DNA from: an uncultured Rhodospirillales bacterium
Lineage (GTDB): Bacteria; Pseudomonadota; Alphaproteobacteria; Rhodospirillales; UBA2165
Direction of reading: 5' to 3'
Length of the DNA: 64,000 nucleotides
Assembly: GCA_905614355.1 (NCBI GenBank)
Contig: CAJQSN010000014.1
Span: forward strand, 10,276 to 74,275
In this document: piece by piece, positions 1 to 10,797 of the stretch
Layout: every line of letters starts with the position of its first letter
Position numbering within the stretch: position 1 is the first letter of the stretch
Translations under genes and position numbers: made by a program
The notes under the pieces: model-generated
The model's input: the letters and a program-made list of their open reading frames with translations, nothing else
Database searches by the model: none
What the model was told of the DNA's origin: nothing

Positions 1-1
1 T

Positions 2-145
2 CCTACGGCTGTGGCAAACCCAGAATTTAGTGCATGGAAGTGGGCTAATATTAACAAAATAGAAAAAATGGCAGTTCCATTTAAACGTATAGTCTATCAA
101 CGTGTTGTAACTGAATTTTCTCGATTCGCAAAAGTGCATGAATAA
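2..145 (+). CDS. rppH: 3' end of an upstream gene, probably NUDIX RNA pyrophosphohydrolase (RppH-like) C-terminus
   Basis: The frame is open from the window edge to TAA at 143..145. The tail ...PEFSAWKWANINKIEKMAVPFKRIVYQRVVTEFSRFAKVHE resembles the alphaproteobacterial RppH C-terminus (EFDAWRW...PFKR.VY..V..EF) from memory. The fragment is partial. Confidence 0.4.
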   Translation, partial: PTAVANPEFSAWKWANINKIEKMAVPFKRIVYQRVVTEFSRFAKVHE

Positions 146-476
146 ATTTCAACCAAAAAATATCTTTGCCCCATTGAGTGTAATATAGTCAAAACTGTTG
201 TCTAAATAGAACCTAAAAGTAGCCATTTTGCCTAATATTTTAAGGCTTATTATGTATATTCTTATGTTTGCTCAGTACAATTTCCTATGATATTAAAAAA
301 ATAACTTTTCATTAGTAAATATTTATATATCGTTCAATTTAGCAAGATCTATATTCATGAGTACAAGTAATGAAACCTTCAAAAAAAAATGTGTCTAGCG
401 GTAATTAATTTAACCAGTGAACACAGCGCTAAGTTGCACCATCAATTATACAACAAAAATTGGGAGTTAGACTAAG

Positions 477-2345
477 ATGGAAGGATCGATAGCTGTCACA
501 GTGGAAGGGGCCATTCGTGAACAGGTAGAAGATGTAGTAGTTAGATTTGCCGGTGATTCGGGTGATGGTGTGCAAATTACCGGTGGACAATTTACACTCA
601 CCACTGCATTGGCGGGCAATGATTTATCAACATTTCCCGATTTTCCAGCAGAAATTAGAGCTCCACAAGGTACCACCTTCGGCGTATCAGCATTTCAGAT
701 TCACTTTGGATCACGAGAAATCCGTACCGCAGGCGATGCTCCAGACGTATTAGTAGCACTTAATCCAGCAGCCTTAAAAGTTAACCTCGCCGACCTTAGC
801 AAAGGCGGGCTAATTATAGTCGACAGTGGCTCATTCACGGAACGAAATCTTAAAAAAGCAGGCTACGATGATAATCCCATTGAAGGCGATTCTGTTGATG
901 GCTTCCGTCTTATAACAGCTGATATAACAAAGAATACCCTAGAGGCAGTGCAGGAATTTGGTCTTTCCCAGAAAGAGGCTGTCCGCTGTAAAAATATGTA
1001 CGCGCTTGGTCTGGTTTACTGGCTATATAGTCGTGAGCGGGCACCAACAACAAGCTGGCTTAAAGAAAAATTTGGCAAACGCCCAGAAATTGCCAACGCT
1101 AACATAGCAGCAGTAAATGCCGGACATGCATTTGGAGAAACCATCGAAGCATCAGGCGAAACCTCGTCCTACGAAGTATTACCTGCTGCAATTGAGCCCG
1201 GCCTATATCGAACAATTACCGGTATTGAGGCCATCTCATACGGTTTAGTTGCAGGTGCGCAAAAGGCAGAGCTTCGAATGACATTTGCTGGTTATCCAAT
1301 TACTCCTGCTTCAGCTATTTTACATACTTTGTCAAAACTTAAACAATTTGATATTATTACTTTTCAAGCAGAAGACGAGATAGCGGCAGTCGGTGCCGCG
1401 CTTGGTGCGTCCTACGCAGGCACCCTTGGTGTCACAGCAAGCTCTGGTCCAGGCATAGCTCTCAAAACAGAAACTATTGGACTGGCTATATCTGTCGAAT
1501 TGCCACTCATAGTCATCAACGTTCAACGCGCGGGGCCCTCAACTGGCCTGCCAACTAAAACAGAACAATCTGATCTGTATCAAGCTGTATTGGGTCGTAA
1601 TGCAGATAGTTCATTGGTGGTAATATCAGCAAGCACACCTGCCGATAACTTTGAAGTTGCCATTGAAGCTGTGAGACTTGCAACAAAGTATATGACACCA
1701 GTTATGATATTGACAGATGGTTACCTTGCCAACGCTTCAGAGCCCTGGATTATACCTGATGCAGATAAAATCCCTAAATTCCCCGTTAACTTTTTAAGTG
1801 ATGAGACAGAATTCAGTCCTGTCAAAAGGGATCCAGTAACACTAGCGCGGAATTGGCCTATCCCAGGAACTCCCAACCTTGAACATCGAATTGGCGGCAT
1901 AGAAAAATCATATGATACAGGAAATATTTCATATGATGCTGCCAATCATCAAAAAATGACTGATGTCCGTAAAAATAAAATAGATAATATAGCAAATGAC
2001 ATCCCAGAACAGAAAGTTGCACGCGGTGATGATACAGGAGAAATTGCTGTGGTCGGTTGGGGCTCAACCTTTGGGCCGATAACACGTGCAGTTCAAAAAA
2101 TTAGGGCTGATGGTTACAAAGTATCACATATCCATTTAAGGCATATCTGGCCGCTGCCTATAAATCTAGGGTCCCTTTTAAATAACTTCAAAAAAATAAT
2201 CGTAGCGGAAATGAACACCGGCCAACTGATTACCATCCTTCGCAGTGAATATTTGGTGGACGCCCAAGGACTTAATAAAATATCTGGCCAACCTTTTAAA
2301 GTTTCCGAAGTCGAAGAAGCTATCCGAAAGAGTATGGGAAATTAA
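477..2345 (+). CDS. korA: 2-oxoglutarate/2-oxoacid:ferredoxin oxidoreductase, alpha subunit
   Basis: A 622-aa ORF with a GGGAG SD upstream of the ATG. It shows an oxidoreductase gamma-type N-terminus (FAGDSGDGVQ) and a pyrimidine-binding core (QAEDEIAA, RAGPSTGLPTKTEQSDL). It is directly followed by the TPP-binding beta subunit. Confidence 0.9.
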   Translation: MEGSIAVTVEGAIREQVEDVVVRFAGDSGDGVQITGGQFTLTTALAGNDLSTFPDFPAEIRAPQGTTFGVSAFQIHFGSREIRTAGDAPDVLVALNPAALKVNLADLSKGGLIIVDSGSFTERNLKKAGYDDNPIEGDSVDGFRLITADITKNTLEAVQEFGLSQKEAVRCKNMYALGLVYWLYSRERAPTTSWLKEKFGKRPEIANANIAAVNAGHAFGETIEASGETSSYEVLPAAIEPGLYRTITGIEAISYGLVAGAQKAELRMTFAGYPITPASAILHTLSKLKQFDIITFQAEDEIAAVGAALGASYAGTLGVTASSGPGIALKTETIGLAISVELPLIVINVQRAGPSTGLPTKTEQSDLYQAVLGRNADSSLVVISASTPADNFEVAIEAVRLATKYMTPVMILTDGYLANASEPWIIPDADKIPKFPVNFLSDETEFSPVKRDPVTLARNWPIPGTPNLEHRIGGIEKSYDTGNISYDAANHQKMTDVRKNKIDNIANDIPEQKVARGDDTGEIAVVGWGSTFGPITRAVQKIRADGYKVSHIHLRHIWPLPINLGSLLNNFKKIIVAEMNTGQLITILRSEYLVDAQGLNKISGQPFKVSEVEEAIRKSMGN

Positions 2346-2349
2346 AATT

Positions 2350-3375
2350 ATGAATAAAGTAACACCTCTGGAAAAATTAACCGTTAAAGATTACGCATCA
2401 GATCAAGAAGTCCGCTGGTGTCCTGGTTGCGGGGACTACTCAATTGTTCGAGCTATGCAAAAAACCTTAGCCGACCTCCAATCCTCCCCTGAAAAAACTG
2501 TTTTTATTTCTGGTATTGGATGTGCTGCACGTTTTCCTTATTACATGGCGACCTATGGCTTCCATACAATCCACGGACGTGCTGCTGCCATTGCAACAGG
2601 CACCAAGCTAGCTAATCCGGACCTCGATATTTGGGTTATTTCAGGTGATGGAGATTCACTTTCAATAGGCGGAAACCATTTAATGCATGTACTACGTCGC
2701 AATGTAGATTTGCAATATATTCTATTTAATAATGAAATATATGGTCTTACTAAAGGTCAATATTCGCCAACTTCAAAAATTGGCACACGATCACCATCAA
2801 CACCGATGGGATCATTAGACAGTCCTCTCTCTGCTACTCTATTCGCACTTGGCTGTGGCGCTAGATTTGTTGCCCGCGGGATCGATACCCAACCCAAATA
2901 CCTACCAGAGGTTTTTAAGCGCGCCCAAGCTCATAAAGGCGCTTCCTTCGTTGAAGTGTTCCAGAATTGTATCGTCTATAACGACGGTGTATTTGATAAT
3001 TTTACAGCAAAAGATGTGGCTGCTGACCGACAGATTCAAGTTGAGCACGGAAGACCCCTCATATTTGGTAAGGAACAAAATAAAGGTCTACGTCTGAAAG
3101 CTGGTAAGATAGAGTTAGAAGTCATAACAATCGATGAAAACGGCACCACGGAAGAAGATGTATTGTTACATGATGAAACCAATAAAATTTTGGCCACCCT
3201 TTTAGCTCAAATGGAAGGACCCAATTTCCCAGTTGCTATTGGTGTACTTTACTGTGACCCATCAGACACCTACGAAGATGCTGTTCATGCTCAACTCACT
3301 GCCGCAAAAAAAGAAAATCCGTCTCCCAACGTTAATGATCTGTTGCGAAGCGGAACAACATGGACTGTTGTTTAA
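2350..3375 (+). CDS. korB: 2-oxoglutarate/2-oxoacid:ferredoxin oxidoreductase, beta (TPP-binding) subunit
   Basis: Motifs WCPGCGDY, GIGCA and ISGDGD..IGGNH are typical of KorB/OorB. ATG 2350 lies 4 nt after the korA stop and is preferred over the ORF-track start 2245, which overlaps korA. Confidence 0.9.
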   Translation: MNKVTPLEKLTVKDYASDQEVRWCPGCGDYSIVRAMQKTLADLQSSPEKTVFISGIGCAARFPYYMATYGFHTIHGRAAAIATGTKLANPDLDIWVISGDGDSLSIGGNHLMHVLRRNVDLQYILFNNEIYGLTKGQYSPTSKIGTRSPSTPMGSLDSPLSATLFALGCGARFVARGIDTQPKYLPEVFKRAQAHKGASFVEVFQNCIVYNDGVFDNFTAKDVAADRQIQVEHGRPLIFGKEQNKGLRLKAGKIELEVITIDENGTTEEDVLLHDETNKILATLLAQMEGPNFPVAIGVLYCDPSDTYEDAVHAQLTAAKKENPSPNVNDLLRSGTTWTVV

Positions 3376-3461
3376 GTTTCTGCATATGTCCACTAATGGT
3401 TGAAAAAAAGAGCTTTATTTACTAATTATGGATGTGCTCTAGATTCCTAGCTGAAAAGGAT

Positions 3462-4286
3462 ATGAATTTAATAAAGCATGTTTCTAGAATGAAATACATA
3501 CTGTTTTATCTGGTAATCATCACGTCCAGCGCTATCGCAAAGGAGCCAGAAAAATCATTGCACCCGGGCACAATTTTCAGAGATTGCCTAGTATGTCCTG
3601 AAATGTCCATCATTCCGTCTGGAACATTCATGATGGGATCGACAAAAGGTAAAAAACGCGAATTACCGGTTACCCTAATTAGTATCGCAAACGCTCTTGC
3701 TGTTAGTCGTTATGAAATAACCTTCGATGAATGGGATGCCTGTCATAATGCTGGAGGTTGTTTAAGGATGCCTTCCGACCGGGGTTGGGGCCGCGGTAAA
3801 CGTCCAGTTATCAATATTCTTTTAGAAGAAATTATTGAATACCTGCGATGGTTAACAAAAAAGACAGGTCATACTTATCGCCTACCTTCGGAATCTGAAT
3901 GGGAATACGCGGCTCGGGCTGGCTCGCAAACTGAGTTTAACTGGGGAGATAAAATGCTCATTGGAGCTGCCAATTGTCGTGGCTGTGGGACAGAGTGGAG
4001 TGGCATTAAATCAGCACCGGTTGGCCAATTTAGGCCTAATGCATGGGGTCTCTATGATATGCACGGTAATGTTTTAGAATATGTGACCGATTGTTGGACC
4101 ACAAATCACTATAAACTGCCATACGATGGCTCACCAATACTGACTGAGAATTGCTTAAGTAAAGTCGTTAAGGGAGGGGCTTGGTATTATCTACCAAAAG
4201 TTTCTCGATCAGCTTCACGGGTGCGAAATGATAAACGAATTTCAGGATATTTTATCGGCTTTCGAGCTTTTCGGGAATTAGATTAA
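3462..4286 (+). CDS. formylglycine-generating enzyme (SUMF1/FGE) family protein, secreted
   Basis: An N-terminal hydrophobic signal-like segment is present. FGE-family motifs are RLPSESEWEYAARAG, GLYDMHGNVLEYV and GGAWYY...SASR. The start is uncertain (3432, 3462 or 3489). Confidence 0.75.
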   Translation: MNLIKHVSRMKYILFYLVIITSSAIAKEPEKSLHPGTIFRDCLVCPEMSIIPSGTFMMGSTKGKKRELPVTLISIANALAVSRYEITFDEWDACHNAGGCLRMPSDRGWGRGKRPVINILLEEIIEYLRWLTKKTGHTYRLPSESEWEYAARAGSQTEFNWGDKMLIGAANCRGCGTEWSGIKSAPVGQFRPNAWGLYDMHGNVLEYVTDCWTTNHYKLPYDGSPILTENCLSKVVKGGAWYYLPKVSRSASRVRNDKRISGYFIGFRAFRELD

Positions 4287-4535
4287 CTCAAAATTTTGCA
4301 AGCATAGAAAATAATTACAAGTATTTTTCTAATCATGCTATTTAATTATATTTGAAAAATTAGACTTAATCCAATTTCACTGGAAAATGTTGACCCAAAC
4401 TAGCTCAGTATTTTAGGCCTAACGTTAGATCGAGTTATATAAATGGATGCAAAAACAAGTTTTACCTATAATTAACATTCATGTTTTTAGGCTACACACT
4501 AAGTAATAATACAAAACCATTAATATAAATCCTAC

Positions 4536-5162
4536 TTAAGATTTTTTAAGTAAGAATATTGCCTGTTCACCGCGGAGATTAGCAAAAAACATTCCAGAAC
4601 GCCCTATTTCTCGCGTTCGCCCAACACGATCCAAAGCAATACCATTTTCAATCTCAATTCCCAAGGAATCGCAAAGAACAATAAAATCAGTAATAGTGCA
4701 GAAATGAATATTGGGTGTATCGTACCAATTATAAGACAAAGCTTCTGTTTGCGGCATCTTACCAATAAACATCAAACTCGCACGTATACGCCAATAACCA
4801 AAATTTGGAAAAGAGATAACTGCACGTTTGCCAATACGCACAAGATTCATTAGCACATTGTGGGGTTCTCGTGTTGCCTGCAGAGTTTGGCCCAGAATGG
4901 CATAATCAAACGCCTGATTTGGATAATCATCTAAGTCTTGATCTGCATCCCCTTGAATAACTGACAGACCGGAAGAAACACAAGCGTTAACTCCATCAGA
5001 GCTAAGTTCAATTCCACGACCATCGACGTTTTTTTCATAATTCAGATAATCCAATAACGCTCCATCGCCACAACCCACATCAAGAACTCGGCTACCTGAA
5101 TCTATCATTTTTGCAATAAGCTGGAGTTCAATGCGTAGCTTTGGCTTTTGTACATAGGTCAT
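4536..5162 (-). CDS. metW: methionine biosynthesis protein MetW
   Basis: A methyltransferase-like fold (VLDVGCGDGALL) with a typical MetW length. Its start overlaps the stop of metX by 1 nt, the classic metXW pair. Confidence 0.9.
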   Translation of the reverse strand: MTYVQKPKLRIELQLIAKMIDSGSRVLDVGCGDGALLDYLNYEKNVDGRGIELSSDGVNACVSSGLSVIQGDADQDLDDYPNQAFDYAILGQTLQATREPHNVLMNLVRIGKRAVISFPNFGYWRIRASLMFIGKMPQTEALSYNWYDTPNIHFCTITDFIVLCDSLGIEIENGIALDRVGRTREIGRSGMFFANLRGEQAIFLLKKS

Positions 5163-6304
5163 TATTTTTTAGTTAATCCATATTTGTCAGCAGCACCTTC
5201 TATAAAACCAGAAAGAACTCTCCAAAACTCTGGTTCCTCTAGCAAAAATGCATCATGACCTTTATCCGAATTAATTTCTGCAAAACTGACATTAGCAGCC
5301 ACAGCATTTAGGGCCTTAACAATGATCCGGCTCTCTGCAGTTTGATAGAGCCAGTCACTAGTAAATGATATAACACAAAATCGAGCTTTTACTTCACGAA
5401 AAGCTTCTGCGAGAACACCGCCACCGTGACGCTCGGCAAGATCAAAATAATCCATTGCTCGCGTTATATACAAATATGAATTGGCATCGAAACGATCAAC
5501 AAATGTACTGCCTTGATAGCGCAGATAACTTTCAACCTGAAAATCAGCCTCAAAACCAAAGGTGATTTCTTCTCTATTTTGCAATCGACGGCCAAACTTA
5601 TTCTGCAAAGCAGGTTCTGACATATAAGTGATATGGGCAATCATTCTGGCAATGGCAAGCCCACGCTGAGGGTAACAATCATATTTTAGATAATCACCAT
5701 TTTTCCAATACTGATCGGCCATAATAGCTTGTCGCCCGACTTCATGGAATGCGATATTTTGGGCAGAATGATGGGATGCAGTGGCAATCGGGACCGCTGC
5801 AAAAACACGATCAGGAAAAGAGACTGCCCATTCAAGAATTTGCATTCCTCCCATAGAGCCACCAATTACACAGAATAATTTTTCTATTTCTAATAAATCC
5901 AGCAAGAGTGCTTGAGCTCGCACCATATCGCTAATCGTAATACCCGGGAACTGGAGCCCCCAACACTCACCTGTATCAGCATTAATTTCTTTTGGGCCTG
6001 TTGATCCCATACAACCACCCAGTATATTGGGACAAATAATAAAATAACGATCAGTATCCAAAACCTTTCCAGGGCCAATAAGTAAATGCCACCAGCCAGG
6101 TTTGCCAGAGATAGGATTAGTATCACCAGCAAATTGATCACCGCTAAGAGCATGACACACCAATATAGCGTTGGTTTTATCATAGTTTAGTTTACCGTAA
6201 GTTTGATACGCTTGTTTAAGATTTGAGAGCTGAACGCCACAATCGAGTATAAAAGGTGTATCAACGCCAAGAATGGCCTCTTTACCAATATCCTTTGTCA
6301 CCAT
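5162..6304 (-). CDS. metX: homoserine O-acetyltransferase
   Basis: A 380-aa alpha/beta hydrolase with nucleophile motif GGSMGGMQ, an [12 protein letters not shown] region and a C-terminal GHDAFL motif. It is coupled to metW. Confidence 0.92.
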   Translation of the reverse strand: MVTKDIGKEAILGVDTPFILDCGVQLSNLKQAYQTYGKLNYDKTNAILVCHALSGDQFAGDTNPISGKPGWWHLLIGPGKVLDTDRYFIICPNILGGCMGSTGPKEINADTGECWGLQFPGITISDMVRAQALLLDLLEIEKLFCVIGGSMGGMQILEWAVSFPDRVFAAVPIATASHHSAQNIAFHEVGRQAIMADQYWKNGDYLKYDCYPQRGLAIARMIAHITYMSEPALQNKFGRRLQNREEITFGFEADFQVESYLRYQGSTFVDRFDANSYLYITRAMDYFDLAERHGGGVLAEAFREVKARFCVISFTSDWLYQTAESRIIVKALNAVAANVSFAEINSDKGHDAFLLEEPEFWRVLSGFIEGAADKYGLTKK

Positions 6305-6554
6305 CTTATTTTTAGCCTTTTCAATGCGGCTACCCGTATTATCATGGAAACGTGTTTACTTTAATTTAGTACGTAACTAATAGTCATTAATATAGAAAAA
6401 TTAGAAAAAAATGGTTAATATAAGAGCCATAGCTATGAACCAAATGGTAATCTGTCAATCTTTTCTTTGATTTTAGTTGTTTAGCAGACTATCACTAACT
6501 GCCTAACTAACATAAAATATATAATAACTGATTTAGAGAATATTTAGTCAAAAA

Positions 6555-7487
6555 ATGGCCGATAATAAATTAAAACAAATACGAAAACGAATCGACACTA
6601 TTGATGTTGAAATTCAAAGTCTGTTGTCTCACCGAGCCCAACTTTCGCTTGAGGTTAAGGAAATAAAAAAAACGGACCATGCAAAATTAAAACCTGGCCG
6701 TGAAGCACAAATTTTACGTGATCTAATAGAACGGCACAGCGGCCATTTCCCTAAGCTTGGATTAATAAGGATTTGGCGGGAAATTTTAAGTGCCTCATTA
6801 CAATTACAAGGTCTTCTAGTGTTAGCAGTCTACAAACCTGCAAATAAAAATAACGATGACTGGGGATATATATCGTCTGCTCGCGAACATTTTGGGTCCA
6901 ACACACCCATTACTACCTATCCGTCACAACGCCGAGTTATTGAAGCTATCCTCGAGAATGAATGCTCGGTCGGCATCTTACCAATTCCAGTAAGAAATGA
7001 AAAAGATCCTTGGTGGCGGCACTTGGCTGTGCAGGGTAATACAGCTAAAAATGGCATCACCTCAAAACCCGCTAGGATCATTGCTAAGTTGCCATTTTTT
7101 GCGCCTAGAATAGAACACGGCCCCTCCAAAAGCGAGGCAATTGAGTGCGTAGTTATTTCTAAAATTGAAGCGGATCCATCAGGAATTGATGAAACCTATA
7201 TTGTACTCGATTTTTCAGAAAATATTCCTGACACGCGAATTGACACGCGATTAGCTGAAAATAATATGGTTGGTTCAACTGTGTCAATTTGGCATGATTC
7301 GGAAGCACCTCAAAGGTGGTTGTGCTTGATACGTATTAGCGGATTTATTTTATCTAATAATGTCAAATTAGATAGATTAAAAGAAGGTTTTAGTGAAATG
7401 TTAAATCAAGTAACTATAATAGGTTGCTTCGCTACACCTCTTAACACAGAAGTGTTAAGTTTAAATAATAGTTTAAAAAGAGATTGA
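6555..7487 (+). CDS. chorismate mutase family protein (N-terminal CM type-2 domain with a C-terminal extension)
   Basis: The N-terminus LKQIRKRIDTIDVEIQSLLSHRAQLSLEV is a canonical CM_2 helix. The gene sits upstream of hisC-tyrC, as in many alphaproteobacteria. Confidence 0.7.
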   Translation: MADNKLKQIRKRIDTIDVEIQSLLSHRAQLSLEVKEIKKTDHAKLKPGREAQILRDLIERHSGHFPKLGLIRIWREILSASLQLQGLLVLAVYKPANKNNDDWGYISSAREHFGSNTPITTYPSQRRVIEAILENECSVGILPIPVRNEKDPWWRHLAVQGNTAKNGITSKPARIIAKLPFFAPRIEHGPSKSEAIECVVISKIEADPSGIDETYIVLDFSENIPDTRIDTRLAENNMVGSTVSIWHDSEAPQRWLCLIRISGFILSNNVKLDRLKEGFSEMLNQVTIIGCFATPLNTEVLSLNNSLKRD

Positions 7488-8587
7488 TGATGGCAACACC
7501 TACTCCACTTGCCGGTCTACAAAATATTGCCCCTTATGTAGCCGGCGAATCTGAACTTACCGGATTTGATCGGGTTGTAAAACTTGCTTCCAATGAAGGT
7601 GCATTTGGGCCAAGCAAGAAAACACTTGAAGCCCTGGTATTCAGCGCCCATGATTTTTCTCGTTATCCTGATGGAGACTGTACCGAACTACGTGAATTAT
7701 TAGCACATAAAAATAAGCTATCTAAAAACAATATTATTTGTGGAGCTGGATCAGATGAACTTATAAATTTACTTTGCCGTTCTTACGCGGGGCTTGGAGA
7801 TGAAATTCTCTACTCGGCTCATGGTTTTGCAATGTACCCTATATATGGCCGTACCGTTCGCGCAACCGTTGTTGCCGCACCTGAAAACGACATTACGGTT
7901 GACGTTAATCAATTAATAAGATGCGTAACAGATAAAACAAAATTATTATTTATTGCTAATCCTAATAATCCAACAGGCACTTATATTTCAAAGTCTGAGA
8001 TCCAGCGATTAATAGACTTACTTCCTAAAACTGTATTACTTGTCCTTGATGCTGCTTATTCAGAGTTTGTTGATCGTAAAGATTACTCAGATGGCATAGA
8101 ATTTGTTTTAGCCAATGAAAATGTCGTGATGTTGAAAACTTTCTCTAAAATCTATGGTATGGCTGGCTTGCGACTAGGTTGGATGTATGCTCCAGATAGC
8201 GTAGTAGACATCATCAACCGAATGCGCAGCCCTTTTAATGTTTCATATTCTGCGATAGCCGCGGGCATGGCAGCTACCAAAGATGATGAATTTCTGCGTA
8301 TGTCGCAAGAGCATAATAAAAAATGGCTTCAATGGACGACAGATAATATTCGGGCTTTAGGACTAGAGGTGCCTGACAGTGTTTGTAATTTTGTGCTGGT
8401 CCGCTTTCCGCAAAATAAAAAGGCAGCTACGACCGCAGAAACAGCGGATATTTTTCTTAAATCTAAAGGTATTATCGTGCGCCGTATGGGTGGTTATGGT
8501 TTGCCCGATGCCTTACGTATCTCAATTGGGACTGGCGACGAAATGAAAATTACCATTAATGCACTTAAAGAATTTATGAGCCACTAG
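7487..8587 (+). CDS. hisC: histidinol-phosphate/aromatic aminotransferase
   Basis: Class-II aminotransferase features: LASNEG, NPNNPTG, the PLP-lysine context TFSKIYGMAGLRLGW, and LRISIG. ATG 7487 overlaps the preceding stop. Confidence 0.85.
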   Translation: MMATPTPLAGLQNIAPYVAGESELTGFDRVVKLASNEGAFGPSKKTLEALVFSAHDFSRYPDGDCTELRELLAHKNKLSKNNIICGAGSDELINLLCRSYAGLGDEILYSAHGFAMYPIYGRTVRATVVAAPENDITVDVNQLIRCVTDKTKLLFIANPNNPTGTYISKSEIQRLIDLLPKTVLLVLDAAYSEFVDRKDYSDGIEFVLANENVVMLKTFSKIYGMAGLRLGWMYAPDSVVDIINRMRSPFNVSYSAIAAGMAATKDDEFLRMSQEHNKKWLQWTTDNIRALGLEVPDSVCNFVLVRFPQNKKAATTAETADIFLKSKGIIVRRMGGYGLPDALRISIGTGDEMKITINALKEFMSH

Positions 8588-8588
8588 A

Positions 8589-9497
8589 ATGCCCAATAAA
8601 ACATCAGCTTTAATATTTGAACGAATAGCATTAATCGGCATCGGATTAATTGGTTCGTCAATAGCCCGTCGCATCAAACGCGATGGTCTAGCCAATCATG
8701 TTTCAGTTTCTGCCCGTAGCCAGCAAAGTTTAGATAAAGCTCTAGAACTAGGATTTGCTGATTCAGTGACCCTTGACCAAAAAGAAAGTGTAAAGAATGC
8801 AGATTTAATAATAATTTGTTCCCCCGTCGGAACCTACAGCAACATCATACAAAATATCAAATCAAACCTAAAGCTAGGGGCTATTATAACTGATGTAGGG
8901 TCTGTAAAACAGGCAGTTATTCGCGATCTAGAGCCCCATATCCCAGAAGGCGTTCATTTGGTTCCCGCTCACCCGGTTGCAGGAACAGAGCGATCTGGAC
9001 CGGAAGCCGGCTTTGCGGAGTTGTTTGAAGATCGCTGGTGTATCATCACACCAACTAGCCAAACAGAAAAAAAATCAATTAAGCAAGTGACCGAATTCTG
9101 GAAATCTCTTGGTTCTAATGTAGAAATCATGGAGCCCAAACACCATGACTTAGTAATGGCTATGACTTCACATTTACCCCATTTAATTGCATATACTATT
9201 GTTGGTACAGCAACTGATCTGGAAAAATCACTGACCAACGAAGTAATAAAATTCTCGGCTGGCGGTTTTAGAGACTTCACCCGAATTGCTGCATCTGATC
9301 CAACTATGTGGCGTGATGTGTTCTTAAACAACCGTGATGCTGTCCTTGAGATGTTGCAAAGATTTAGCGAAGACATTACGGCTCTTCAACGCGCTATTCG
9401 TTGGGGTGAAGGTGATACCTTGCACGAGCTATTTTCACGCACCCAAGAAGTACGGCGAGGCGTGATTGAAGCTAAACAAGAAAAAATGTATGATTAA
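8589..9497 (+). CDS. tyrC: prephenate/arogenate dehydrogenase
   Basis: A Rossmann N-terminus (IALIGIGLIGSS), the motifs HPVAGTE and SHLPHL, and the DPTMWRD motif of the TyrA family. Confidence 0.85.
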   Translation: MPNKTSALIFERIALIGIGLIGSSIARRIKRDGLANHVSVSARSQQSLDKALELGFADSVTLDQKESVKNADLIIICSPVGTYSNIIQNIKSNLKLGAIITDVGSVKQAVIRDLEPHIPEGVHLVPAHPVAGTERSGPEAGFAELFEDRWCIITPTSQTEKKSIKQVTEFWKSLGSNVEIMEPKHHDLVMAMTSHLPHLIAYTIVGTATDLEKSLTNEVIKFSAGGFRDFTRIAASDPTMWRDVFLNNRDAVLEMLQRFSEDITALQRAIRWGEGDTLHELFSRTQEVRRGVIEAKQEKMYD

Positions 9498-10660
9498 TTA
9501 GAAACATTACTCCAATTGATAGATGGCAACGTCATCAACGTTACAGGGCCAACAGATAGTTTTCTATTTTGGATTGAAAGGGGTAAACCGACACTCAGCC
9601 TACCATTTTGCAAGCGTTTTGAAATGCCTCCAAAAATAACTTTGGCCAGTATTGCAGTATTAGATCGGATAAAGCCTGTTTTATTTAACCTATCTATGAA
9701 GGGTATTATACCCTCAAACTTCGCAGACATTGCTAGTAAAGGTTGCAAATTTTGATCAAGCGCTAACGTGCCCTTCGCACTTGTTTTTAGGCTTCCCACG
9801 ATACCCTCGAATGAATCAATATCAATAATGCCACCAGCGTCTCGCCATTCCATTAGATGTTGTAAACTTAAAATGGGGTTTAGTTTTTTAGAAATTTTTA
9901 ACTCCATAAGAATTTTTTCTACATAATTATCTATAGGCCACTTCAGTTCTTTTGGTAAATAGATGCCTTTTAATTCTATTTTATAAACCCGGTTCTGGTT
10001 TTTTTCTGTTGAAGAAACTCCTGGTTCTTCAGTCAACAGTGCGTCAGTACTAAAGAAAGCCGCCTCCATAGAGATATCTACTTTTTTTATTTTTTCCGAT
10101 ATTTTCATCTCTTCTACCTTAATTTTAAATTTTTTTGGCAAAGTATCAAAAAATATTTTAGTCTCGATATTTATTAATTTTGTTTCAATTACGAAGTTAT
10201 AAATGACCTCCTTGTTCTTAAAAATAACTCTATTTGAACCGCTTAAATCAAGCTTAATAGTATTAAAATCCCATGGCCTTAGCGAGACCACAACGCGCTT
10301 TCCCTGCCAAATCCATTCTTTTTTTCTTACCGGTTTCTGATAGTCACTAGTACCAAATGGTATCTGTAATTGGAGATCATTTAAACGAATACGGAAATTT
10401 ACAGGAAAACCAGTAATTTTCATCTTACTGTATGACAGTTTGACACCCTTATCAGTTTGGTGACTTTTCCAATCTTCTATTATATTCTCTAAATATATAG
10501 CCATACTAAACCAGAAAATTGTGTAAATTACAGCTACAAAACCTATAACAAAAAAGCTAATTAAGAATTTTCTATTTACTACATTAGAAAATATAAAATA
10601 ATCACTCTTTAGGATCATATGTCGTATTAATTTTAAAAATGCTCTAAGCCCCATTACCAA
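9494..10660 (-). CDS. membrane-anchored hypothetical protein (possibly DUF2125-like)
   Basis: A long ORF with an N-terminal TM segment (FFVIGFVAVIYTIFWFSMAIY) and a position convergent with tyrC. The family call is from memory of alphaproteobacterial synteny only. The start is uncertain. Confidence 0.45.
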   Translation of the reverse strand: MVMGLRAFLKLIRHMILKSDYFIFSNVVNRKFLISFFVIGFVAVIYTIFWFSMAIYLENIIEDWKSHQTDKGVKLSYSKMKITGFPVNFRIRLNDLQLQIPFGTSDYQKPVRKKEWIWQGKRVVVSLRPWDFNTIKLDLSGSNRVIFKNKEVIYNFVIETKLINIETKIFFDTLPKKFKIKVEEMKISEKIKKVDISMEAAFFSTDALLTEEPGVSSTEKNQNRVYKIELKGIYLPKELKWPIDNYVEKILMELKISKKLNPILSLQHLMEWRDAGGIIDIDSFEGIVGSLKTSAKGTLALDQNLQPLLAMSAKFEGIIPFIDRLNKTGFIRSNTAILAKVIFGGISKRLQNGRLSVGLPLSIQNRKLSVGPVTLMTLPSINWSNVSN

Positions 10661-10797
10661 CCCCGGGTCCTTTCACTGGTGAACTGGTTAACTGAGTAAA
10701 TAACGCTATTCCGATAAACTTAAAATACCAAAATATTTCTCATATCCAAAACTCTTGATAAGTTGATGTGAATTAGAAACTAAGAAAGTAAAGTAGG

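Noticed and set aside
467-2085. Antisense or alternative-frame ORFs inside korA (467..676 -, 547..753 +, 1332..1526 -, 1721..1945 -, 1858..2085 -)
   Set aside because: They lie entirely within a strongly supported 622-aa gene. They show no SD and no family-like motifs, and their composition is typical of shadow frames.
2245-2349. N-terminal 35-codon extension of korB offered by the ORF track
   Set aside because: It overlaps the last 100 nt of korA. The KorB-like sequence begins at MNKVTPLEKL (ATG 2350), just after the korA stop.
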